NCBI GenBank assembly: GCA_951813565.1
Contig: OX638351.1
Location: 736,001 to 800,000 of the forward strand
DNA from: an uncultured Poribacteria bacterium
GTDB lineage: Bacteria > Poribacteria > WGA-4E > WGA-3G
DNA: 64,000 nt
Direction: 5' to 3'
Under the pieces are notes generated by a model. That model saw only the letters and a program-made list of their open reading frames with translations. It was not told the origin of the DNA and searched no databases. Of this stretch, positions 9,896-19,643 are shown piece by piece (position 1 is the stretch's first letter; each line of letters starts with the position of its first letter). The translations under genes and the position numbers were made by a program.

Positions 9896-10142
9896 GGATA
9901 TGTAAAGTTTTTGTAGAAATCCGCACAACTCCTATTGTAGGGGCGGGTCTCCGGGGAATGCCGAAAGGCATTCGGACCGTTGATTTGGTGCCTGCCCGTT
10001 GCATGGCACGTCCTGCGCAGTGGCGGGGCACCAAATCAACGGTATGAATGCCTTATGGCATTCCCCGGGACCCCGCCCTACAGTGGGAAACGCCGCGTAA
10101 TCATTGCAAATTGAACCTGTATAACCAAATATTTACACACCC
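9896..10142. mobile_element. MITE with ends matching the IS end at 575..592, carrying an inverted GTAG-REP pair
   Basis: Ends GGATATGTAAAGTTTTTG and (reverse complement) GGGTGTGTAAATATTTGG match the IS end at 16/18 and 15/18 positions. Confidence 0.65.
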
Positions 10143-10167
10143 CCTCAGCAATAACTCAGTTTGGATA

Positions 10168-10196
10168 TTGCGAATTCTGAATAACAGTGATATAAT
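10168..10196 (+). promoter_or_regulatory. extended -10 sigma70 promoter of argG, probably leaderless
   Basis: TTGCGA-17-TATAAT with TG; ATG 6 nt downstream and no SD. Confidence 0.6.
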
Positions 10197-10202
10197 TTAG
10201 TT

Positions 10203-11441
10203 ATGAATATACATCAATTAAAAGGAAAAACCGTCGGCGCAGCGGTCTCAGGCGGTCTTGATAGCTGCACAATTACGAAGTGGTTAGTTGATAACGGTGT
10301 CAACGTTGTCTGCTTTACGGCTGATCTTGGACAGCCCGATGAGCGGGATGTTGAGGAGATTCGGGAACGGATGTTGGCCTGCGGTGCCCAAGAAGCGGTC
10401 ATGGTTGATGCAAAGGATAACCTCGCTGAGGCAGGTATCCGCCTCATCCAATGTCAAGCGATGTATGAAGGCGGATATTGGAACACGACTGGCATCGCTC
10501 GGCATGTTACAGTAAAAGCACTGCTGCCAGAGATGGAAAAGCGCGACATTTCTATTTTAACACATGGGGCAACAGGGCGTGGGAACGATCAAGTTCGATT
10601 TCAACTTGCGACTAACATGCTTAATCCGAATTTTTCTGTCTATGCCCCATGGCGGGATGCCGAATTCCTCAAACACTTCGGCGGCAGAAAAGAGATGATA
10701 GATTTCTGCCAAGAACACGGCTTGCCAATTACAGCGACCCATGAAAAACCATACTCTACAGATGCGAATTTGTTGGGATTAACGCATGAAGCGGGCAGGT
10801 TAGAATCGCTAAAAACACCAGCAGGTTTTATTACACCGGGGATGGGTGTACATCCGAAAGACGCACCAGACGATGTAGAACACTTCACCGTTACATTTGC
10901 ACGGGGAATGCCTGTTGAAGTCAACGGCAGTCCTTGCACACCACTGATGAGTCTGATAGAGGCGAACCGAATTGGCGGACGGAACGGAGTTGGTATCGGG
11001 ATTCATACTGTTGAAAACCGATTTGTCGGGATCAAAAGTCGCGGGGTGTATGAATCACCCGGAATGGAATTGCTTGGCAGATGTTATGAGTTTCTGCTGC
11101 AACTGATTTTAGATAGACGTGCCCGTCGGCATTTTGATGGCGTAGCTTCTACAATCGCTGAACAGATTTATCAAGGCTACTGGTTTGATGCTGCTACGCA
11201 GGCATTGCTGGCATCAATTGAACCTTTGACACATTTGGCAAGTGGCACGATTACGGTTGCACTGTATAAAGGGAATGTTGCTTTTCATGCTGCAGGTGGT
11301 GTTTCGCATTCACTCTATTCTGAAGAAACAGCTTCAATGGAAGCAATTGGCGATTTCGACCACGCGGATTCAGAAGGGTTTTTGGCTGTGCTTGGTGTCG
11401 GTGCACGGGCTTCTGCTATTGCTGGGCAGACAGAGGAATAG
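10203..11441 (+). CDS. argG: argininosuccinate synthase
   Basis: SGGLDS, HGATGRGNDQVRF, VENRFVGIKSRGVYESPG. Confidence 0.96.
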   Translation: MNIHQLKGKTVGAAVSGGLDSCTITKWLVDNGVNVVCFTADLGQPDERDVEEIRERMLACGAQEAVMVDAKDNLAEAGIRLIQCQAMYEGGYWNTTGIARHVTVKALLPEMEKRDISILTHGATGRGNDQVRFQLATNMLNPNFSVYAPWRDAEFLKHFGGRKEMIDFCQEHGLPITATHEKPYSTDANLLGLTHEAGRLESLKTPAGFITPGMGVHPKDAPDDVEHFTVTFARGMPVEVNGSPCTPLMSLIEANRIGGRNGVGIGIHTVENRFVGIKSRGVYESPGMELLGRCYEFLLQLILDRRARRHFDGVASTIAEQIYQGYWFDAATQALLASIEPLTHLASGTITVALYKGNVAFHAAGGVSHSLYSEETASMEAIGDFDHADSEGFLAVLGVGARASAIAGQTEE

Positions 11442-11444
11442 TAT

Positions 11445-11579
11445 TATAGTAGATTTTAGAATTACTTGCACACTTTTGAGCTGTAGGAGGGAACTCCGAT
11501 TCCCGACATTCACAAGAGGTCGCGATTCGGAGATCGCTCCTACAAAAGACGTGTAAACTTATTTTTCTATTCTACTATA
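11445..11579. mobile_element. TATAGT-ended MITE containing a GTAG-REP pair
   Basis: IRs TATAGTAGA.../...TCTACTATA; same family as 30036..30189. Confidence 0.6.
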
Positions 11580-11602
11580 ATCGGTTTTACTTCTTCACTG
11601 AA

Positions 11603-12595
11603 TTAAGGAACTTCAATTTTTGAAAATACCTGCCTGACAATGCTTTCAATGTCAAGTCCTTCCGCCTCTGCTTCATAACTTATGATCACCCGATGTCTTA
11701 GAACATCCATTCCCACTTCATGAATATCTTCAGGTGTAACATATCCGCGCTGAGAGAGAAATGCTCGTGCCCGAGCGGCAAGTGCCAGAAAAATGGTTGC
11801 ACGAGGCGAAGCACCATACTCAATCAGAGGACTCAAATCATCTAATTTATATGCCTCTGGCGCGCGTGTTGCACACACAAGGTCAACAATGTAAGTTTCT
11901 AACTGGTCTGCCATATAGATATCGCGTGTGAGTTCACGAAATCTGATAATATCTTCACAGGAGACCACCTGCTGAATTTCTGGTATATCTTCCGTTGTCA
12001 TCCGGCGAAGGATTTGTAATTCCTCTGAGTGTGATGGGTAGTTAACCTTAACCTTTAGCATAAATCTATCTACTTGTGCTTCGGGAAGTGGGTAAGTGCC
12101 TTCATGCTCAATCGGATTTTGTGTGGCTAAAACGATAAAGGGGTCGTCAAGTGGATAGGTGGTGCCGCCAATCGTAACCTGCCGTTCTTGCATCGCTTCC
12201 AGTAAAGCGCTCTGCACCTTCGCTGGTGCGCGGTTTATTTCATCTGCGAGGACAACGTTCGCGAAAATGGGACCTGTTTTGGTATAGAACTCGCTTTTTT
12301 GTTGGTCGTAAATCAAAGTGCCGATGAGGTCTGCTGGGAGCAGGTCAGGCGTGAATTGAAGTCGGTTGAAAGAAGCATCAATCGTTTTTGCAAGTGCTGC
12401 GATAGCGGTGGTCTTTGCAAGTCCAGGGACACCTTCCAGCAAAACATGCCCGTTACAAAGCAATCCAATAATCAAGCCTTCAAGCAGTGCGCGTTGTCCA
12501 ACGATGATTTTGCCTGCCTCATCCAGGATTTGCTGTATGAGACTGCTATCGGCTTGGATGCGGGCATTCATTGCCTCTAAATCGTAGTTTTGCAT
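11603..12595 (-). CDS. MoxR family AAA+ ATPase
   Basis: LLEGVPGLAKT, LADEINRAPAKVQSALLEAM, ATQNPIEHEGTYPLPEAQVDRF. Confidence 0.95.
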   Translation of the reverse strand: MQNYDLEAMNARIQADSSLIQQILDEAGKIIVGQRALLEGLIIGLLCNGHVLLEGVPGLAKTTAIAALAKTIDASFNRLQFTPDLLPADLIGTLIYDQQKSEFYTKTGPIFANVVLADEINRAPAKVQSALLEAMQERQVTIGGTTYPLDDPFIVLATQNPIEHEGTYPLPEAQVDRFMLKVKVNYPSHSEELQILRRMTTEDIPEIQQVVSCEDIIRFRELTRDIYMADQLETYIVDLVCATRAPEAYKLDDLSPLIEYGASPRATIFLALAARARAFLSQRGYVTPEDIHEVGMDVLRHRVIISYEAEAEGLDIESIVRQVFSKIEVP

Positions 12596-12602
12596 ATTAT
12601 AA

Positions 12603-12686
12603 TGGCTATCGGTTGTCAGTTTTCAGAGGAGGGGTTTGATAAAACAAATCTCTTTCTGACTGCTGACCGCTGATTACTGACTGCTA
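12603..12686. repeat. short heptamer tandem repeats (CTGACTG-like) in inverted arms
   Basis: CTGACTG CTGACCG CTGATTA CTGACTG at 12656..12683, with a degenerate complementary arm at 12603..12626. Confidence 0.55.
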
Positions 12687-14045
12687 TTACGTGAAGAAAG
12701 GCTGTGTTTCCCCTTCCTGAAAAGACTGCTCAAGCCAGGGGTCTTTGGTTTTCTGCCTGAATTCAATGACCTTTCGGCGCATTTCGTTTACTGTGTCTTG
12801 TAATTCCGCAACATCAATCAGGTTTTGGGATTCTGCTGGGTCACTCTGCATATCAAACAACGCTTCACGACTTTGATGCACAAAATCTTCCCGTTGTCGC
12901 TCTCCCAACTTCTGAATGTTATCATTTCGCACGGCTGTCCATGAAATAGAACGGAACAGGTCGCTCGGAAGTGGTGTTTCTAACTGATATGCCAAATTGC
13001 GGACATACTTATATCTTCGGCCACGCAATACCCGATATGGATAGTAGTTGGTTACTTCGTGGAAGCAGTGAGAGTAATATGTTTCTTCCCATTGTCCGTT
13101 GCCGGGATGGGGACTGTCGTCTTCAAGAATAGATAGCAATGACCTACCGGGGAGCGCATCTTCTCCATCAGGGTGAGAGACACCGCACCAGTCTAATATG
13201 GTTGGGCAGAAATCAACCCAATTGACAAGTGCCTGATTGCGGAGTGCACGCCGCTGTTGTGTGGGACTGGCAATAAGCAACGGACAGTGATGTCCACTAT
13301 CAAAACTGGATGCTTTTGCGCCGGGAAACGGCATCGCATGGTCTGTTGTTACAAAGACGAGTGTATCATCTGCACGTCCAGAAGTGTCAAGTGCATCTAA
13401 AGCGGCACCGACAACAGCATCCCATCGCGAGACACTTTCATAATAGTCGGCAAGGTCTTCGCGCACGGCAGGAACATCTGGTAGGAAATTTGGCACAATT
13501 ATCTCATCAGGGCTGTAGGAACCCGGCTCTATCCCAGCATGCTCCCGATCATTTCCAAATCCCTTGCCAGCCCGATGCGGATAGGTGCATCCAATATGCA
13601 AATAAAATGGTGTCCCCGTGTTTTGTGCAAAGAATTGTTCAATTCTGTCCGCTACTTCCACAGGACTACGGGGGTTAACCTTTGGTTCATAATCAAAAGG
13701 GTAAACACTCTTAGGTTCAACATGCTTTTTTCCAATACAGGCAGTAGCAAATCCGTGTGCTTTTAGAATTCTTGGGACAGACTGCATGTGTTCATGCGTG
13801 CGGAATCCGTGAATGCCGTGGCAGTGCCCATATTGCCCGTGTGTGTGGCTATGTTGCCCCGTGAGAATACATGCGCGGCTTACAGCACAGGAGGGACTTG
13901 TGCAGAATCCGTAATCAAAAACAACACCGCGCTCTGCAAATTCATCAATACGAGGTGTTCTGATAACCTCATTACCGTAACATCTTGCGATGCGACTCCA
14001 ATCGTCCGCAATAACGAACATAACACTTTTATGGAAATTTTTCAT
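12687..14045 (-). CDS. formylglycine-dependent sulfatase (sulfamidase-like)
   Basis: IADD, SPSCAVSRACILTG, IGKKH, TTDHAMPFPGAK. Confidence 0.9.
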   Translation of the reverse strand: MKNFHKSVMFVIADDWSRIARCYGNEVIRTPRIDEFAERGVVFDYGFCTSPSCAVSRACILTGQHSHTHGQYGHCHGIHGFRTHEHMQSVPRILKAHGFATACIGKKHVEPKSVYPFDYEPKVNPRSPVEVADRIEQFFAQNTGTPFYLHIGCTYPHRAGKGFGNDREHAGIEPGSYSPDEIIVPNFLPDVPAVREDLADYYESVSRWDAVVGAALDALDTSGRADDTLVFVTTDHAMPFPGAKASSFDSGHHCPLLIASPTQQRRALRNQALVNWVDFCPTILDWCGVSHPDGEDALPGRSLLSILEDDSPHPGNGQWEETYYSHCFHEVTNYYPYRVLRGRRYKYVRNLAYQLETPLPSDLFRSISWTAVRNDNIQKLGERQREDFVHQSREALFDMQSDPAESQNLIDVAELQDTVNEMRRKVIEFRQKTKDPWLEQSFQEGETQPFFT

Positions 14046-14162
14046 AGTTTCCTGACTCAATCCTTTTTTGTGGAGGCATTTACGATTTTCGAGTATTTTT
14101 GTCAATGAAAAAGGCGGTGGGCATTATACACAATACCTACCACCTCTGCTATAACGAGAGTG

Positions 14163-14656
14163 TTACTTATCTTCGCTTTCAAGTGTTTCATCTGCCCAAT
14201 CTTCTTCGGTGTAGTTAAGTCCATGTTTCTCACAGAAATGTTTGAAGCGTGCGCGCTCTTTTTGTTGTGTTTCCGCTACAGCTTCTGCTACAGCCTTCGG
14301 CACAGCTTCTGCTACAGCTTCTGCCACAGCTTTCTGTGCTGCCTTCTCAATAATCTCTGGCATTTTCTTTCTCAATTCCCAATACATTATCATCCTCCTC
14401 ATGTGTGGAAGTATCATAAAAAATACGGCTTCAACAAATCCAAACCGAGCCAATGAGGAAAGCGTTGATCTAAACGCAACAATTTCGGTTGATCTACAAG
14501 AAACTCCCAAGTCGTGATGCCCACTGTTGCTACGCAAAAGATAATACCGTAAATTAGGAGCGATATGTTATATTTCCTGCGCGGAATTAACATTCCAAGC
14601 ACGGATACCGTATCATCTTCTCCGAGCAGTTCGGAGAACCAGTTTCTATCTTTCAA
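14163..14656 (-). pseudogene. small membrane protein with AVAE helical repeats, split across two frames (probable frameshift near 14490); the C-terminal part has its own RBS and ATG (14387)
   Basis: ORF 14414..14656 carries TM1; the overlapping frame 14163..14537 carries TM2, GAGGAGG-ATG and 12-bp repeats encoding AVAE. Confidence 0.5.
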
Positions 14657-14780
14657 AATGCTCTCTCATTCTGTCTTTTTAACTCAACACGTCCTTCTCT
14701 ATGTGATTCTCTAAACCGGCTTGCTAATTTCTCCATAGCACTATTGTAACTTCTTATGTTGTGATTGTCAAGGAAAATGC

Positions 14781-17102
14781 TTACACCAACCCGCCCCGTT
14801 TCCGTAAGAACCACTCAAGACCGAGTAGCATAAGGATCATACCGAAAATCAGCGGTAGATCCCAGATATCAACATCAGTTATCTGTGATGTTGCACTCTC
14901 CACAAGTGAAATTTGGTTAACTAATTGGTCTGCCTCTTCAATAGGGTAATATTTGCCGCCGCTCCTGTCTGCAAGGTTTGTGAGGAGTGAGACATTGAGT
15001 GCTGCATCACTAAACTCTGCATAAGAAGGTTTCACCTCAAAAAGTGCCTGCTGTTTGCCGAGGTTTTCGCCATTAAGGGTCCCCGTTGCTGTGACGGTAT
15101 ATTCACCAAACCGTCCCGGAATAAATCGAGCGGTGTATAAACCATCTTTGCCTAATACCTGTTCAAGTGGAAGTTCCGTTCGTGTACCAGTTTCGTCAAC
15201 AATGATTGCGCGCAACTTCGCTTTATTCGTTAATTCAAAGGTTTTATCCATTGCGGTGACCTCAATTACAACGGGTTCCTTCAATGTATATTCAGTCTTC
15301 GCAATATCAAGTTTGAGAGCAGCTTTTGGTGCGGTTGTCAACCATTTTGCCATCTGCCGCCAGAAACGTTCATTACTGTCATCTTCGGACGGCATGCCCA
15401 ACTGCCATGGCGCTGAATTATTCGGGGTAAACACCATGACCCGTCCTGCATTAAAATTATGAGTTGCGATGAGGATGCGCTTCCCAAATTCATTTCGCTC
15501 ACTTGGATGTTCGGCGAGGACCGTTGCCCCTGCTTTCGCGCGTTTGACTTTGCTATAACCAAAAAGTTCCGACATCTTGTTCCAACGTTGCAGGTTTTCA
15601 GCGGAGTTACCTGCCAATTCCATCAACGGGTCCGATTTACCTTCTGTTGTCAGTTGCAACTTGAAGCCTTCTGCTCTTGGCATCTGGGATGGTGGAAGGG
15701 TAGACACTGGTGGTGGAGGGGTGCCTAATTCTAATTCAACAGGAAGTAATTCGGCGATTGGTGTGTTGAGATATGAATCAGTTACTTCCGAACTACCTAT
15801 GGAAAACGTCCCACCTAACATTAAAAAACCGCCGCCGCGTGTGCGAACGAATTCAACTGTATTTTCAAGCTGCGTTCGCGTGAATTCGGAAGCCGAAACA
15901 TTACCGAAAATGATTGCGTCAAAATTGAAGAGAACATCTTTTGAATCCGGATAGAATTTGAAGTCTTCGTCTGCACCACCTTGTGTGCCCCCGAAACTCT
16001 GTTCACTTGTCTTATACCGGTCAGTTAAGACGATATTCGGATCGTCTTGCAAGGCACGTTTGATAAATTTAAAACCAGAATAAGGTCTGGAAACGAATAG
16101 TATCTTTACACGTTTCGTAGGGGCGACTTTCAAAATAAAAGTTTTGGTGTTGTTTTGTGGGATTGCTTCGTCTGCTTCGGTGAGTACATGCACCTCATAT
16201 TTTTGGGTGCCTGGCTGGCGCGGGGTAAATCTGAGTGGGACTCTTGTTGTGTCACTTTTAAATGAGACCGGAACTGTTTCAAGAATCCTTCCATTCTCTA
16301 TTAATTGGATTGTAACTTTCTTTTGGGCGTTACCTGTACGTCTCACCGTCGCGGATATTTCGACGGGAAAATCTTCCTCTGCGGTCCGGGGGGTATCCAC
16401 CTTGACCAATTCTATGTCAGGGACACCTTTTTCTGATCCAATACCGACGGTATGGATAGGTGCTTTTCTTTCTCGGACTTGCATCACAAATTTTGTTATG
16501 TTTGTACCACTTCGGTCAACTCCATCGGTGCAAAGTACAATACCAGAAAGTGGGATGCCTTGTAAGTCTTCAAGTGCTTCATTTATTGCGTTCGGGATAT
16601 TTGTGTTTTCCCCTTTTGCGCTCGGTAATGGTTCATTTTCAATTCGTTTTGCTTCTGTGTCGAATCCAAAGAGTCTGACCTTGAATTTGTTCGCGTTCAG
16701 TTTGTCAATAAGCCCGCCGCCATCTTCAGGATTTTCACCAAAGAGCAGCTGATTAGTTCGATTCAATCGCGATTCACCATCATCTGAATCGGTAATCTGC
16801 ATACTCTTGGAACGGTCAACCATTACTAAAAGGTAGGAATCATCAGGATTGTTTTGATAGATTGTCAAGAGAGGTTTGAGTAGACAGAAGGCGAGGAAAC
16901 ACAAGACAATTGTGCGGAGAACAATGAGAAATCCGCGGAACACGCGTCCAGTTCGACCTCTTGCGCTCCGATATGCCCAAATAGTTGCTGCAACAAGCGC
17001 GACCATTAGGACGAATATAAGAAGTCCCGGTATTGGCACGCCGAACGAGAAATCCCCCTCCCGAAAAACGTCAATCGGGTACTTCATAAGTTGTTCAAAC
17101 AT
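14781..17102 (-). CDS. membrane-anchored vWA + GATase1-like domain protein (MoxR-partner type)
   Basis: Two N-terminal TMs, DRSKSM MIDAS, CTDG, GGGFLMLGG, C-terminal EWFLRKRGGLV. Confidence 0.85.
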   Translation of the reverse strand: MFEQLMKYPIDVFREGDFSFGVPIPGLLIFVLMVALVAATIWAYRSARGRTGRVFRGFLIVLRTIVLCFLAFCLLKPLLTIYQNNPDDSYLLVMVDRSKSMQITDSDDGESRLNRTNQLLFGENPEDGGGLIDKLNANKFKVRLFGFDTEAKRIENEPLPSAKGENTNIPNAINEALEDLQGIPLSGIVLCTDGVDRSGTNITKFVMQVRERKAPIHTVGIGSEKGVPDIELVKVDTPRTAEEDFPVEISATVRRTGNAQKKVTIQLIENGRILETVPVSFKSDTTRVPLRFTPRQPGTQKYEVHVLTEADEAIPQNNTKTFILKVAPTKRVKILFVSRPYSGFKFIKRALQDDPNIVLTDRYKTSEQSFGGTQGGADEDFKFYPDSKDVLFNFDAIIFGNVSASEFTRTQLENTVEFVRTRGGGFLMLGGTFSIGSSEVTDSYLNTPIAELLPVELELGTPPPPVSTLPPSQMPRAEGFKLQLTTEGKSDPLMELAGNSAENLQRWNKMSELFGYSKVKRAKAGATVLAEHPSERNEFGKRILIATHNFNAGRVMVFTPNNSAPWQLGMPSEDDSNERFWRQMAKWLTTAPKAALKLDIAKTEYTLKEPVVIEVTAMDKTFELTNKAKLRAIIVDETGTRTELPLEQVLGKDGLYTARFIPGRFGEYTVTATGTLNGENLGKQQALFEVKPSYAEFSDAALNVSLLTNLADRSGGKYYPIEEADQLVNQISLVESATSQITDVDIWDLPLIFGMILMLLGLEWFLRKRGGLV

Positions 17103-17346
17103 AACAGTATGATACCTCTATAAGCAGAATAACAGCGAATTAGGGAGGCGTATTTAATCTCGACAAATTTGGCTTCGCTGTTTGTATAATTATATTATAC
17201 ACGGGAGTAGCAAATGAGTTCAACCTATTTTGAATCATATAGGTTTAATTTATGAAGAGAACCTCGCGTTTCTCTACTGTAGGGCGAGGTCTCTGTGCCT
17301 CGCCATGTTCAACATGTCAAAGCAATGGGTCGGACCAGAGAACACC

Positions 17347-17519
17347 CATAACTGTCAATTTAGCGGTTCGCCACCTTAGTAGGCGCGTTTTGATGAAGAT
17401 TAATTTTTTAATTCGGTATTATTTTCTTAAACTTCATCAAAACGCGCCTATCTTTGGGTAATAAATCGGGCTTAGAAAGCCCTCCCACAAGAAAATCAGG
17501 CACTAAATTGATGGCAATG
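17347..17519. mobile_element. IS231-like (IS4 family) MITE with 19-bp target duplication, inserted in a REP
   Basis: IRs CATAACTGTCAATTTAG / CTAAATTGATGGCAATG; flanks GGT(C/G)GGACCAGAGAACACC at 17328..17346 and 17520..17538. Confidence 0.75.
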
Positions 17520-17587
17520 GGTGGGACCAGAGAACACCCTATGATAAAGGTTGACCTATCTGAAAGGAAACTCAGACTCACAAGAGT

Positions 17588-18571
17588 TTAGTCAGGTAAA
17601 CGAATTCGCTGCCCGGTATGTGCAGATTCATGCAATGCATCAATGACGCGCATATTTCCGAGCGCGTCTGCAATGGGCAAGCGGAGCGGTGTGCCGTTTT
17701 GGACTGCTTCACACAGATTTAAAATCTCAGCAGCATAAGGATTCACACCGTTAACGCTGAAAGTTTCTCCATTGACGGTAAAGTGTGATTCTCCTTCACC
17801 GTTTCCCCAAGCCTTCTGGACAAAGAGAGTTCCTTTTGTGCCAGCAACTTCATAACATTCACGCCATGTCCAACCAAAACTGCAGTCAAATTGTCCGGTG
17901 ATACCATCGCCAAAGTCTAATGTTCCGATGAGGGTTTCCCAGACGTTGTTAATCGGTTCATACTTGCCTGTAGCCCACACAGACTGCGGTTCTTGTCCCA
18001 TGACATAGCGAATAATGTTGATACAGTAGCACCCTAAATCCATCACAGCACCGCCACCGAGGTCACCTCTTAACCGCCAATTTGTTCTATCGGTGAGTCC
18101 AGTTGAAAAAGTGGAGCGTGCATAGCGGACCTCCCCGATTGCGCCCTCCTCAACCTTTTCCTGGACCGCCAACGTTAACGGATGATGCCGATACATAAAC
18201 GCTTCCATCAAGATGATGTTGGCACGTTCTGTAACTTGAATCATCTGCTCAAGTTGCGATGTATTGACAGCAATCGGCTTTTCAACGAGGATTCCCTTGA
18301 CACCACAGCGTACTGCTTCCAAGACATTTTTAAGATGGCTTGAAGGCCAAGTGGCAACAACGAGAATATCAGGGTTCTGTTTCTCCAGCATCTGCCGAAG
18401 GTCGTTGTAAGTATTCTCAACGTTATATTCTGTGGCAAAACGCGAGAGCGACTCAAATTTCTCATCGCATGCACCGACAATCTCAATCTCTGACACATTT
18501 CGCCAGGCGTTTCCGTGCGCGTGTGAAATTCCACCGCACCCAACGATTGCCACGCGATATTTTTTCGCCAT
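17588..18571 (-). CDS. Gfo/Idh/MocA family oxidoreductase
   Basis: IVGCGGIS, ILVEKPI, GGGAVMDLGCY. Confidence 0.92.
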   Translation of the reverse strand: MAKKYRVAIVGCGGISHAHGNAWRNVSEIEIVGACDEKFESLSRFATEYNVENTYNDLRQMLEKQNPDILVVATWPSSHLKNVLEAVRCGVKGILVEKPIAVNTSQLEQMIQVTERANIILMEAFMYRHHPLTLAVQEKVEEGAIGEVRYARSTFSTGLTDRTNWRLRGDLGGGAVMDLGCYCINIIRYVMGQEPQSVWATGKYEPINNVWETLIGTLDFGDGITGQFDCSFGWTWRECYEVAGTKGTLFVQKAWGNGEGESHFTVNGETFSVNGVNPYAAEILNLCEAVQNGTPLRLPIADALGNMRVIDALHESAHTGQRIRLPD

Positions 18572-18580
18572 TATTTTACC

Positions 18581-19552
18581 CTATAACGAAGAAATCTGGA
18601 CAAGTCTATTCTCCTGTGCGGAGATATTTGCTGCGAGTGATATTTCAAGCGTCTTGACTGCATCGGTATAAGGACTCAATATCTGAGATGCATCACCGCT
18701 ACGGACTGCATTCACAAAAACTTCGTCAATGGTGGGACCAGGTTCCGTCTTATCTACCCATTCACCATCTTCTTGCACAGAGACTCTCGCTGGATTCCAA
18801 TTCAACAATTCACCGTCATATAGGATATCTAAAACATTGGCATTGTTCCAACCGCCTGCATAAGCCCATGCTGCTGTCATTGAACCTACAACGCCATCAG
18901 TAAATTGGAGCGTTACACTATTGCTATCGGGACAATCAATCTCTTTCAGGAAGCGATTTGCCTGCATTGCATAGACTGATTCCACCTCACCGATGAGATT
19001 ACGCATCATGTCAATTGTGTGTGTCGCCTGTTCAACTAATTGTCCACCAGATTTGTTCATTTGTCGCAACCAACCTTCAGGATTACCACGTCCGCTGCCG
19101 CACCAATACTTGCCGACAACCATGTTAATTGTCTTGCCTGCAAGGATTTCCTGCGTTATTCGTGTTGAGCCAAGATAACGGAGTTGATAGCCGACACAGG
19201 TTATTAGTCCTGCTTTGGTTACCGCAGCTTCAACTTCACGCGCGATGTCCATGTTGATCGCTACCGGCTTCTCAACGAAGAATGGTAAGCCCCGTTCAAT
19301 CACGTCTAATTCAGGTTGACCGTGTGCAAAAACAGGGAGACTCAGATAGATAGCGTCAAGGTCATCTCGTTCCAACATTACGCGGTGTTCTGTATACGGA
19401 TCCGCGTTGTGTTTTTCCGCTGCATTTTGTGCTTTTTGTGGCACAATATCACATATTGCAACGACGTTTGCGCCTTCCATTTCAGATAACCGATTCATGT
19501 GACCATTCGCATTGCCACCCGATCCAATAAACCCAATTTTAATTTCTTTCAT
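18581..19552 (-). CDS. Gfo/Idh/MocA family oxidoreductase
   Basis: FIGSGGNA, FVEKPV, SGGQLVEQATHTID. Confidence 0.92.
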   Translation of the reverse strand: MKEIKIGFIGSGGNANGHMNRLSEMEGANVVAICDIVPQKAQNAAEKHNADPYTEHRVMLERDDLDAIYLSLPVFAHGQPELDVIERGLPFFVEKPVAINMDIAREVEAAVTKAGLITCVGYQLRYLGSTRITQEILAGKTINMVVGKYWCGSGRGNPEGWLRQMNKSGGQLVEQATHTIDMMRNLIGEVESVYAMQANRFLKEIDCPDSNSVTLQFTDGVVGSMTAAWAYAGGWNNANVLDILYDGELLNWNPARVSVQEDGEWVDKTEPGPTIDEVFVNAVRSGDASQILSPYTDAVKTLEISLAANISAQENRLVQISSL

Positions 19553-19643
19553 ATTTTACCTTTCTGTTCGCAAATTCAAAGCTGCAGATTTTCTTATGTT
19601 TTGGATACTGCAGCTTGTTGTTATGCGCCGCATCTAACGACGT

